Source of the DNA: Octopus bimaculoides
Lineage: Eukaryota
Length of the DNA stretch: 34,130 nt
NCBI RefSeq assembly: GCF_001194135.2
Contig: NC_069003.1
Coordinates: forward strand, 18,702,886-18,737,015
Reading direction: 5' to 3'
Part shown: positions 23,375 through 34,130 of the stretch, one piece after another
Layout: the number at the start of each line of letters is the position of its first letter
How positions within the stretch are numbered: position 1 is the stretch's first letter
Notes under the pieces: model-generated
The model's database searches: none
What the model saw: the letters and a program-made list of their open reading frames with translations, nothing else
Told to the model about the DNA's origin: nothing
Translations under genes and position numbers: made by a program

Positions 23375-23995
23375 GACAAGTGTGTGAGTGCGTATGTGTG
23401 TGAAAGTGTATGTATGAACGTGTGTATGTGTATGTGTGTGTATGTATATGTGCGTGTGTGTGTACTTATGCGTGTGCATTTATATGTCTGTACACAAAAC
23501 TGCTTGACTAAGTATTTGTTTTCCTTTTTTTCTTCTCCTTTTCCTCCTCCTCCTCCTCCTCCTCCTACCCCTTCTTCTTCTTCTTCTTCTTCTTCTTCTT
23601 CTTCTTCTTCTTCTTCTTCTTCTTCTTCTTCTTCTGCTTTCTTTTCCTCTAAGCAGTTATGAAAGCGAAAGCTGATTAAGTAATTTTAACTACACAGGAA
23701 CGCAAGATTTCCACATTCATATTTGAATTTTGAATTTTTACATTTCTGCATTCTTGTTTGCATTTTATTCCTTCCCTAACTTGACGGGCCTATAACAACA
23801 TGGCAGCCGACACTCTAGATCTTTAATGAGACACAACTTTATGTATGGATATACCTGATGAGACCCAGACTGCAAAATGGATGCAACACAACATGTTGAA
23901 CAAAGTCCCACACATAAGGGACAATAGCAGGGCGGGTCAAAACAAACGTTGTACAGAATAAAATTTAATACTAAATCCATCTTCTCATTACTTAA
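23190..23995 (-). repeat. Right arm of IR2, with (TCC)n/(TTC)n expansion at 23525-23640
   Basis: Reverse complement of 21520-22150. The outermost bases (TTAATATAA) reappear at 29812-29820, after Gypsy element B. Confidence 0.88.
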
Positions 23996-24090
23996 TGCTG
24001 TAGTGAAATCCAGACATCCCTATGGGATAGCAAGTAAACTGTCCTAAACCTTATAAAAGCGCATGAGTACTGACAATACGAGGTACAGTG

Positions 24091-26015
24091 CGGTGTTTTT
24101 CTGTTCGGTTAAATCATATTTGATCCTTGTTAGACGTAAGTCGTATTGTTAATTATTTGTTGAAGGTCTCCTGTAAGGGTGAAACTATTTGTTGAATTGT
24201 TGAATTACTGTTGTTGTTTTTTGCCTATGGGCATGCGATTTTGTATTTTTTTCCTTCCCCATTTATGGGTGAAGTTGAGAAAAAAGGAAGAATGGAGTAC
24301 GAACCACTTCCAGCACATGCTGGCAGTTGTGCGTCAGTAACTGGAAAGGGTTTAACTACTGATGCGTTGGAGGCTCGAGAAGTGAAGATTGAGCCAAAGA
24401 AGCTGAAAGAATACAACAGGTTATTTGAGAAAGAAGGAACCAGTTTAAGGCTGACTCTGCCGGAAGATTTAACAGCCAGCATAACAAAGCGAACAGTGGT
24501 CTACAGAACACTATCTATGTCAACAAGAAAAATAGAAATAGCCACAGTGGAAGCCATAGTAGAATGTTTGAAGGAATTAAAAAACCTCACATTCTACACG
24601 AGAGGAAGAAAATATGGCACAGTGGAGGTGAGGTTCGCTAATGAACAGAAAGCGATAAATCACTCCACTGTGGTGCTAAGGACGCAAGAGTGGGTACTTC
24701 TGCCAACTTACTGTGGCAAAAGAGTGGCTAGAGTAAGGATAGGCAGAGTAACCCCGGAGAATAGACAGGCGTAGCTGGTGGCAGCCATTATGCATAATAT
24801 GGAGGAAGACGTGAAAATTTTACAAGTAACGAGGATGATTAAAGTAAACTGATGGGGATATGGCCTTGAAATGGCCATATAAGTCAGTCTAAAAGACTTA
24901 CACGATATAACGGAAGAAGTGATATTACCGGACGACGTGAGATTAAGAGTAGTGGTGGAGGGAAGACCACCAACCTGTTATCAATGTGGAGAGAGGGGAC
25001 ACATGAGAGCAAAGTATTCCCAGAAACACAATGAAGATGAAGGGGAGCAACAGCAGCAGAGTGCCGAACAGGAACAGAGTGTCGAAGTGGCGATACTAGA
25101 AGTTGAGAAGGACATAGAGGAAGCAGAAGATGCATTCACCAAGATGAACAGTAAAAAGAGAAAAGAATGTGTAAACTCACCGCCGAAGAGTCCGAAAAAA
25201 GAAAAGAAAAGGAGAAATGGATATGATAGAGAGCTGGCGACAAAGAAGTACACCAGCATCACCAACAAAAGGTGAAAAGGAGGAAGAAATAGGCATTATA
25301 GAGAGCCGGCAGAAAAAAAGTACAACAGCATCACCAACAAAAGTACAAAAAAGGAGGAAGAAATGGACATTAGAGAGAGCTGACAGCAAGGATGTGCAAT
25401 AGAATTACCAACAAAAGGACAAAAAAGAGAAACTTGCCATGACAACCCAGGTGTACAACAGAAACTAGCAGTTGAGAAGCCGAAGAAGAACGAGTGGTAT
25501 ATAGTAACACGCAAAAAGTACAGCCATAGAGAGGAGAATTACAAAATTCAAATCGGTAATAGGGTAAGATTACCAGTAGAGCTATATACAGAAAATGTAA
25601 AAGGAATTGTGATAGACCGAGAGAGGTACGGAAAACTGAGGGATTTGTTCGGAGACGACATAAACCCATTGGAAGTAAAGGTGGAGTTAGATTAACTACC
25701 GCCTGTTATGGATTACAAAGATTTTGAACCATTCATGAACTTCTAAAAAGTAAGACCTTAAAATTTAATAGACTATAAATACGATGCTAAAAGAAAAAGG
25801 AAAAAAAAAGAGGAAGAAAAAAATATTAAAAATTGTGTGTTAAAACATTTAAGTGGTACTGCTTGAGAGAGGGGTTCAATGTAGCCATTTCATCACCATT
25901 AATTTTATTCATCCTTCATTCGCTCGTTTTATGTTTTTTGTCTCCACTGTGGTGTTCTGTTTGTCCTTGTGCTGTTCCCTCTGTGTCATGGCCTGTGTGC
26001 CAAATAAAAGAGATA
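24091..26015 (+). mobile_element. ORF1-only L1/Tx1-like non-LTR element inserted in the 5' LTR of Gypsy B
   Basis: Flanked by GTACAGTG direct repeats (24083-90 and 26016-23), where the 3' LTR has one copy. ORF1-like remnant 24265-25746 with VEGRPPTCYQCGERGH knuckle, an acidic/Lys-rich tail and three repeats of about 66 bp (25217-25420). Stops at 24772, 24850 and 24880. A-rich spacer, T-rich 3'UTR and AATAAA (26003-08). No endonuclease or RT. Confidence 0.75.
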
Positions 26016-26157
26016 GTACAGTGGTGTGTGCAGTCGCATTTGTGAAGGCGGTCGTAGAAGTCGTTGAGAAGTGATAGAAGTTTGTTACTGATTTAGTTTT
26101 TGTAGTGTTATAACACTGTTATATTGTAGTCTATATCCAAACACAAGGATATAATAG

Positions 26158-26167
26158 TGGCGATGAG
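26158..26167 (+). promoter_or_regulatory. Primer-binding site of Gypsy B (tRNA-Ser(GCU)-like)
   Basis: TGGCGATGAG follows the 5' LTR. It differs by one CpG-type change from TGGCGACGAG, which is complementary to the tRNA-Ser(GCU) 3' end. Confidence 0.7.
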
Positions 26168-29100
26168 ACATTCGAAGCTCACTGTGGACGTTCTTAGCAT
26201 GGAAGTCCTATTACCTTCTGCGGTATAGTTGCATTGGCAACTACAAGAACAACAGAAACAGCAACAACAGGTACAACAGCAACTACAACAACAACAACAG
26301 CAAAACCAACAATTGTTGGAATTGTTGTTGCAGTCCAAAAACATTTCAGGTTCGTTTCGGCAGACGGGGCTGCTAATTTAATTGAAGAATGCCAAAGGAT
26401 TATAAATTTACGACAGAACTCAGAAAGAATTGAAAAAGATTATTCAAATATACATACGTGTCTACCTGTAACAGATAAGAACAAGAAAAACAACAGTCAA
26501 GACCCAAACCATGATATGGGTTTGGATAAATACATTTTAAAAGAAACTGTCCTTTTAAAAACCTAAAATGTTTCGAATGTGGAAAAATCGGACATAAGAA
26601 TCCATATTGTTGGGTGAAAAAGTAAGTCGAACGAAAAATTCGAGAAAAAAGTATTGTCAACAGAAATGCAAAGTGAGGCACAAAAAAGAAAATTTGTCTC
26701 CATAAGAAAAATAATGTGAATATGAGGTAGTGATACCACAATAATTAACGATGATACATGGAGAAAAATAGGAAAGCCTACATTGAAAAGAGCTTCGAAA
26801 ATTGCGCGAGGTATTTCAAGTGATTTTTAGGCGAAATAATAAGTGAGGTGACATTTCATGGAAAAACTTTGAAAGCCAAAGTTTTTGTATTTAAAAATAT
26901 GACATGCCTACTTAGCACACACTGGAGGAAACTATTTAGTATATGGGACCTCCCCATAATNNNNNNNNNNNNNNNNNNNNNNNNNNNNNNNNNNNNNNNN
27001 NNNNNNNNNNNNNNNNNNNNNNNNNNNNNNNNNNNNNNNNNNNNNNNNNNNNNNNNNNNNNNNNNNNNNNNNNNNNNNNNNNNNNNNNNNNNNNNNNNNN
27101 NNNNNNNNNNNNNNNNNNNNNNNNNNNNNNNNNNNNNNNNNNNNNNNNNNNNNNNNNNNNNNNNNNNNNNNNNNNNNNNNNNNNNNNNNNNNNNNNNNNN
27201 NNNNNNNNNNNNNNNNNNNNNNNNNNNNNNNNNNNNNNNNNNNNNNNNNNNNNNNNNNNNNNNNNNNNNNNNNNNNNNNNNNNNNNNNNNNNNNNNNNNN
27301 NNNNNNNNNNNNNNNNNNNNNNNNNNNGCGTATTTACAGTTACAAGTTGAGGCAGAATGTTCAAAATTATTAACCATAAACACACATAAAGGTTTATATA
27401 AATTCAATCGACTTCATTTTAAGATAAAGGTGGCACCTAGTATTTTCCAACAGGTGATGGACACTATGCTTGCGGATACGGATTTCGCTATAGCTTACTT
27501 GGATGACATACTCATAAAAAGTGAGTCGCGAGGCCATCATGAGGAACATGTTAAAAAGATCTTTGAAAGAATAAAGGAGTACGGATTTAAACTTAGCGAG
27601 GGAAATGCGAATTTTTCAAGCCAGAAATAAAGTATGAAGGGCAAGTTATCGATAAACATGGTCGCAGGCCAGATCCTTCAAGATCGACAGCAATAAAAAA
27701 AAATATGCCGCCTCTGAAAACTATTACAATGTTACAAGTGTTCTTGGGGATTTCAAACTATTGCCAAACATATATACCGAATATGCATGAGCTAAGAGCA
27801 CCCGTAAACGACCTATTGAAAAAAGACGTTAAATGGTATTGGTCGGACAGATGCCAAAAAGCATTCGAAGAAATTTTTAAAGTTTTAACATCGGAACTCT
27901 CATTATTGCACTTTCATCCAAATTTAAGAATAGTAGTAGCATCAGATGCTAGGGAAAGTGGTATAGGAGCAGTAATTTTACACAACTATAAAAATGGTAG
28001 CCATCGTTCATGCTTCACGGTCATTGTAGGCAGCTGAAAGAAACTACAGTCAAATTGAGGAGGTATTAGCCATTATTTTTGCGGTGAAAAAATTTCACAA
28101 ATTCATACATGGAAGAAAATTCAGTCAGCAGACAGATCACCGCCCATCGTTGTCAATTTACAGATCGAAAAAGGGTATCCCCACACATACAGCCAACTAA
28201 TTGCAGCGCTGGAGGACAACCTGCTAAATTATGACTTTCTACCATAGAAAAAGCTGGGACATGCGGATGGGCTGTCAAGATTGATACCTAAATACAATAA
28301 ACCATTAGAGGACACAGTAATAGCGGCATTAAAAGCTGAAATCGAAATAAAAAAATATACTCTGCAACGTAGTACGTGAACTACCTGTCACTTTTGAGGA
28401 AATAAAAATTAAAGCAGAGAAGGATGTGTTCATAATATAAATGAAAAAAATAATGAAGTCGGAAACAAATGCAAAAATTCATGTAGCCGAGCGTAACACA
28501 GTTTCGAAATGGTATTCGATATGTAATGACGTACTTATGTACACTCAGAGGGTTGTAATACCTGTTTCTTTGCAAAATCGTATGCTAAAAGAATTCCACA
28601 TGGGACATCCAGGAATCACAAGAATGAAAGAACAGATGAGGAGCTATGTCTACTGGCCGAATATGGATCAGGATATTGAAAAATTGGTAAAAGCCTGCAG
28701 GGGTTGTGCCCTGGCAGCAAAAGTACCACCTATAAAAATTCAGCCTTGATCCAAGACTGACATACACTGGTCCAGATTAGACATAGACTTCGCAGGACCA
28801 TTAAATGGAGGGTATTATCTAACAGTTGTGGCTAGTTACACGAAATGGCCGGAAATATGTAAATATAGGAAGCCAACCTCCAAAGTAACAATGGAATTTC
28901 TGAACGAACTTTTTGCGCGATATGGCATCCCAGCCACTATAGTGTCTGATAACGGAACACAGTTCACGTCGAAGGAATTTAAAAACTTTTGCAAAATGCA
29001 TGCAATGGAGCATATTACTACTTCGCCATACCATTCGAGATCGAAGGGACTAGCAGAACGTTTTGTAGACATGTTAAAGAGGGCGCTGAAAAAATCTAGG

Positions 29101-29540
29101 AATGAGCTACTAGCATTGACGCAATTAAGTGTCTACCGAATAACACCTAACCCNNNNNNNNNNNNNNNNNNNNNNNNNNNNNNNNNNNNNNNNNNNNNNN
29201 NNNNNNNNNNNNNNNNNNNNNNNNNNNNNNNNNNNNNNNNNNNNNNNNNNNNNNNNNNNNNNNNNNNNNNNNNNNNNNNNNNNNNNNNNNNNNNNNNNNN
29301 NNNNNNNNNNNNNNNNNNNNNNNNNNNNNNNNNNNNNNNNNNNNNNNNNNNNNNNNNNNNNNNNNNNNNNNNNNNNNNNNNNNNNNNNNNNNNNNNNNNN
29401 NNNNNNNNNNNNNNNNNNNNNNNNNNNNNNNNNNNNNNNNNNNNNNNNNNNNNNNNNNNNNNNNNNNNNNNNNNNNNAGGTGGTAATAAATTTATAATAA
29501 ATAAAAGAAAAATATTGACTTCCAGGGAAAGTCAAGCTCG

Positions 29541-29551
29541 AAAAGGGAAGA
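29541..29551 (+). promoter_or_regulatory. Polypurine tract of Gypsy B
   Basis: AAAAGGGAAGA lies immediately before TGTTGTGG, the start of the 3' LTR. Confidence 0.8.
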
Positions 29552-30176
29552 TGTTGTGGTAAAATCCTGACACCCATGTGAGATAGAAAGTAAACTGTCG
29601 TAAACCTTATAAAGGCGCATGCATACTGACAGCGCGAAGTACAGTGTAGTGTGTGCAGTCGCATTTGTGGAGGCAGTCGCATTTGTGGAGGCAGTCGTAG
29701 AAGTCGTTGAGAAGAGATATAAACTTGTTACGTGTTTGTTAGTGATTTAGTTTTTGTACTGTTATAACACTGTTACAGTGTAATCTATACCCAAACTCAA
29801 GGACATAATAATTAATATAATTACCCCAACTGCCATTGCGGAGTTCCTGAAGTAGATTCTATGGAAATATACCATGACTGCAGATGACAACAAGTAACTC
29901 AAACTGTGCTAGTACTCTACCCAACACTTAAACACACTAATCAACTTATAGCTATTAGTTCGAAATATTAATTATACAAATACACAGACGTAACAGAAGT
30001 AAATAGACACCCTTATAATCATTAAAATTTATGTAAATCTGAAATTATTCATTCAAATTATTTATTAATTGTTATGGTGTGAATATTTAATATTTAGTAG
30101 ACATGCCCTTTGCATTTTTCAATACAAGGATCCTATTAGGCACGTTACTGATCAGATGACAAATATTCTCTTGCAG

Positions 30177-30277
30177 AATTTCTGGCCAAGTTTCATGCAG
30201 TAATCTCAAAAGATCTGGCTTTGAAGATGTTTTTTTGTTCTTTTTATGAAGTGTGCTGTCCATTAAAAAGTGGATAA
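30177..30277 (+). CDS. Candidate (possibly terminal) coding exon of an unidentified host gene
   Basis: ATTCTCTTGCAG acceptor; open frame (x)FLAKFHAVISKDLALKMFFCSFYEVCCPLKSG*. AATAAA at 30313 and 30337. Alternative weak donor at 30251. Protein not recognised. Confidence 0.33.
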
Positions 30278-30992
30278 AATATTCACTGATGTCGTAAATA
30301 GCTACTTGGCTGAATAAAAACTTAATATATGCATTGAATAAAAAATCTAAACCTTGACTTGAAAGGTTTAGTCAAACAAATTGATCCCAATACTTATTTT
30401 TATGTCTGGTACGTATTCTATAGATCTCTTTTGCTGGACCGCTATTTTATTAAGTTGTACAGAAACCAACGTGGATTGTCAAGGGATGGGACACACACAC
30501 ACACACACACACACACAATGGGCTACACCTTGTTGAGTGTTCATATCTATCTATCTATCTGTATATATNNNNNNNNNNNNNNNNNNNNNNNNNNNNNNNN
30601 NNNNNNNNNNNNNNNNNNNNNNNNNNNNNNNNNNNNNNNNNNNNNNNNNNNNNNNNNNNNNNNNNNNNNNNNNNNNNNNNNNNNNNNNNNNNNNNNNNNN
30701 NNNNNNNNNNNNNNNNNNNNNNNNNNNNNNNNNNNNNNNNNNNNNNNNNNNNNNNNNNNNNNNNNNNNNNNNNNNNNNNNNNNNNNNNNNNNNNNNNNNN
30801 NNNNNNNNNNNNNNNNNNNNNNNNNNNNNNNNNNNNNNNNNNNNNNNNNNNNNNNNNNNNNNNNNNNNNNNNNNNNNNNNNNNNNNNNNNNNNNNNNNNN
30901 NNNNNNNNNNNNNNNNNNNNNNNAGACAGCTGCTCCCATAAATTCTAAAATAAAATTCAATATACAATGTATGTATATGCAGATGTCTTAAG

Positions 30993-31031
<39 letters not shown>

Positions 31032-31359
31032 ATTCAATGTTCAAAATTATATATGTATGTGTGTGTAGGTGTCTATGTGTGTGAGAGTGTCCATGTGTTA
31101 GTTGTGTGGGTAGGTACATGAATGACATGAATGTATATCTGTTCATGTACTAAATTTCCTGAATGTGTCAGTTTGTCTGTGTATCTATGATCCATTGTTA
31201 TATAACTAATGTAAAAATAGTCAACATCAATGTAAAAAATCTAATGTATTCATTTATGGAATACATGAAGAGGGAAAAAATGATTGTGTATAATTTGTAT
31301 GAATTTTTCTATGCAGGATTTTAAAAGTACTTGTGTACATGTGTGTGTGTGTGTGTATA

Positions 31360-31690
31360 GGCTGAGTGGTTAGAACGTTGGGCTCACAATCATGACGTAG
31401 TGAATTCGATTCCTGGATCAGGCTGTGTATTGTGTTCTTGAGCAAGACACTTTATTTCATGTTGCTCCAGTTCACTCAGTTGCAGAAATGAGTTGCAACA
31501 TACTGGTGTTGAGCTGTATCAGTCTTTGAATTTTGCTTGGACAACATTGGTGGCATGGAGAGGGGAGGATGGTATGCATGAGTGACTGCTGGTCTTCTAC
31601 AAACAATCTTGCCCTGACTTGTGTATCAGAAGGGAACTTTTTAGGGGTGCAATCTCATGGTCATTCATGAAAAAAGAGGTTCTTTACCCT
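31360..31690 (+). mobile_element. tRNA-derived SINE (second family)
   Basis: GGCTGAGTGGTTAG A-box-like and GAATTCGATTCC B-box-like motifs, plus GTGTTCTTGAGCAAGACACTTTATTTCA core. Confidence 0.8.
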
Positions 31691-31844
31691 ATTTACACTA
31701 GCAAGTTAGGCAAGTTGATATACATAAAATATCAAATACATTTAATACATAAAATGTACATATATATATACATATAAAAAAATTCCAACTTACACAGAAT
31801 GCAAATGATATGAGAAATTAAGAGGGTTGCATAAGAATTTATGA

Positions 31845-31935
31845 GACCAACAGCTGTTTCTGAGGGCTCAGTAATCCAAAATAACGATTGCAACTTAATT
31901 CCATCATTGGTAACACCAGCATCTGTCTTCAGGGA
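31845..31935 (-). ncRNA. Possible degenerate Penelope-type hammerhead ribozyme
   Basis: Minus strand has CTGAAGA (31932-31926) and GAAA (31860-31857), followed by palindromic ACAGCTGT and T. Stems I and II pair poorly. Adjacent to a Penelope remnant. Confidence 0.3.
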
Positions 31936-32119
31936 AGAATTTTACATTTGAAGTGTTGACAGAATGGAGTTTAAAGAGGGAATGATTTGGGGAGGAACTA
32001 AGTTTATTAGAAACCCTAACTGCAACACCACCTCCTAATCCAATACAAAAATAGAGTACACTTTAGGTTCTCCCCCACCATCAATGATCCAACCAAGCTC
32101 AATCTCACTAGCATTAAAC

Positions 32120-32560
32120 CCCAACCACAGAACAGGGAGGAAAACTTGCAACTGTTGCATATCTCAGTTATATCCTCTTGGAGGCTCCTGTCTATGCAAA
32201 AATGTACTCTACAAGTGCCATGTTATAACACCACGCTTCTACCAAGCAAGGGTATATATCAGCGGCACTGTAGATTTCAAGTACCATTACTGTGCACACA
32301 TGAACTCTTTCACCAATCCAAATTCTAAATTATCAACCTCCTTAGCAACGTATATACACAACCTCAAATCTCAAAATATTCCATAAACCCTATCCTGGTC
32401 CATAGTGAGTGAAGCTCTCCCACACAATGCAAACATCGGCAAGTGTAAGTTATTTCTAAAAGAATCATTAACCATTCTTTGCCTTCATACCTCCTCAATA
32501 CTTAATAGATTCTCTGATGTTATTTAATCTTGTAAACATAGATACTACTCATCTTTCATG
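32120..32560 (+). mobile_element. Penelope-like element, GIY-YIG endonuclease remnant
   Basis: CNC....YPLGGSCLCKNVLYKC.V....RVYISG...FK..Y..HMNSF.N.....STSLATYIHNLK....*.LSWSI.......N..KCKL, then NRFSDVI*SCKHR. This resembles the C-terminal GIY-YIG region of Penelope-like elements. Confidence 0.8.
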
Positions 32561-33654
32561 CACTTCACTAAATCTATGTGATCCCACAAGTTTCCATACC
32601 CCAAAAAACCTTAAACTAACACAAAGTCAGCCTTGCGACCTACTACTTAAAAAATACTACACTTTAATCCTGAAATTGGACCCAATACACAATTAACTGT
32701 GATGCTTTATTTTGTACTTTTTCATTTGCCTGCTTACAACCTGTGCTTTTTGGAGTTATTTGGTAGCTTTTTGGTACCTTTGGTGTCTATTTCCAGCATG
32801 TAGAAGAAGGGTTTTTTTATCCTGATTCATTAATATAATTATATATATATACATGCACACGTGCATACATACTACATACATATATACATACATACATACA
32901 TGTATGCATACATAAACACATATATATCATAAACTAACAGTTGCTTTCTCAGATGCAGCATGAAGTTTTGTCGGTGAACAGGTCGCAGTTTCAAAGCGAC
33001 AAAAATATTTTGACACAAATTAAATTTAAATGTTGAAGTGAAACTAACAGCTTTTGTGTGTTCTTAAATGGCTTCAAACAACTTCTATGCTGCAATTATT
33101 TTTGTTTCAGCACACGATCTCAGATCAAGTCACTTGCTATGCAAGAAAAGACAAAATTATCTGGAATTTATTCGACATGTCTTGTGCAGTTTTTAATTAT
33201 TTAACCCATTTGTTGCATAGTGTCTACACAGATAAAATGTTATGATGGGGAGTGTTTATTTACTTTTGAGGTGTGTCTATATGCATGTGTGTGTGTGTGT
33301 GTGAGCATGCGAGCGCATGTGTTTGTGTGTATACATACATATGTATATATTATTTAATAGACAGAATACATTTTTTTTATATGCTACTAATAGTTTCTTG
33401 TGCTGAGAACATGCCAAATAATGAATTATAACATGTGTAACATCTCTACAGTCATCAGGCACAAATCACATAGCTTAACAAACTAATAATTGAATGAGTG
33501 GAGAAATATGAAAAGTGGAGAAGGAAGTATATAGAAAACGTGGAAGATTAAAAACAGAAAACAGAAAGTAATCAGAAATGAATAAGTAAAAAGGTAAGAG
33601 AGTTATCTCCCTTAGACCTTAAATTATAAGGCTGGAAAAAATATATATAACTAT

Positions 33655-34110
33655 ATTTTTTTACTTGTTTCAGTCATTGGACAACAGCCATGCTGGGGCA
33701 CTTGAGCAAATCAATCCAGGACTTATTTTTTAAACTGATAGCCAGCAGTGCCACCTGACTGGCTCCCATGCCGGTGGCACATATAAAGCATCATTCAAGT
33801 GTGACTGATGCCAGTACCGCCTGACTGGCCTTCATGCCAGTGGCACGTAAAGAACACCCACTACTCTCTCGGAGTGGTTGGCGTTAGGAAGGGCATCCAG
33901 CTGTAGAAACATTGCCAGATAAGGTTGGAGCCTGGTGCAGCCTTCTGGCTCACCAACCCTCAGTCAAACCGTGCAACCCATGCCAGCATGAAAATCGGAC
34001 GTTAAACAATGATGGTGGTATTTATTCTATTGGTCTCTTTTTGCGAAACCACTAAGTTTCAGGGACATAAATAAACCAACATCAGTTATCAAGTGGTGGT
34101 GGGGACAAAC
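33655..34110 (-). mobile_element. SINE 3' half (minus strand) with a nested plus-strand repeat at about 33745-34015
   Basis: TTTTACTTGTTTCAGTCATT tail and CTCTTTTGC..AACCACTAAGTT..GGGACAAACAC body as at 12655-12880. Interrupted by the family seen at 6579-6750. Confidence 0.75.
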
Positions 34111-34130
34111 ACACACACACTATATATATA

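Larger units (their letters stand above)
23996..29810 (+). mobile_element. Ty3/Gypsy (Mag-clade-like) element B, structurally complete but decayed
   Basis: 5' LTR 23996-24090 plus 26024-26156; 3' LTR 29552-29810; flanks CTTAA and ATTAA. Poly-Q gag remnant and CPFKNLKCFECGKIGHKNPYC knuckle (26548-26610). Protease lacking its catalytic LDT codons (GSDTTIIN remains). RT AYLDDILI, RNaseH VASDA, integrase GHPGITRMK / DIDFAGP / IVSDNGTQF. Many stops and frameshifts. Confidence 0.93.
10869..30923. other. Assembly gaps: 10869-10910, 16781-17263, 17888-18707, 26961-27327, 29154-29477, 30569-30923
   Basis: Runs of N. ORFs crossing them are artefacts. Confidence 1.

Noticed and set aside
21937-23662. 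His/Thr-, Cys/Val- and Ser/Pro-rich ORFs (also 9510-9994)
   Set aside because: Translations of CA/TG/TA and TCC/TTC microsatellites.
23765-23980. Cys-rich 71-aa ORF that also stays open for about 65 codons in the other IR2 arm
   Set aside because: The partner has ACG instead of ATG, an indel and an earlier stop, and many differences are non-synonymous, so there is no sign of purifying selection.

Overview
Eukaryotic, repeat-dense scaffold segment with six N-gaps. The SINE families and CA/TA microsatellites suggest a coleoid cephalopod, probably Octopus (inference). There is no prokaryotic system, CRISPR array, rRNA or intact tRNA gene, and no intact multi-exon gene can be demonstrated. Contents: (1) an intronless, frameshifted DEF8 processed pseudogene with 3'UTR, AATAAA and poly-A (4729-7254), fused at its 5' end to an antisense CRE-like LINE fragment and sitting in one arm of a large inverted repeat; (2) many tRNA-derived SINEs; (3) an irritans-type mariner inserted in a SINE; (4) a LINE AP-endonuclease remnant; (5) a truncated Gypsy element whose gag is split by an LTR-family insert with a CCTG TSD; (6) a 110-bp-arm palindrome; (7) a second large inverted repeat; (8) a decayed Mag-clade Gypsy element whose 5' LTR is interrupted by an ORF1-only L1/Tx1-like retroposon; (9) a Penelope GIY-YIG remnant with a possible hammerhead motif; (10) two tentative host exons. 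The strongest anomaly is a perfect 60/60 inverted copy (22636-22695) of the 5' junction of the ORF1-only element (24081-24140), including its apparent TSD, while neighbouring repeat pairs differ by about 5-18%. All alignments and identities were counted by eye and need computational confirmation.
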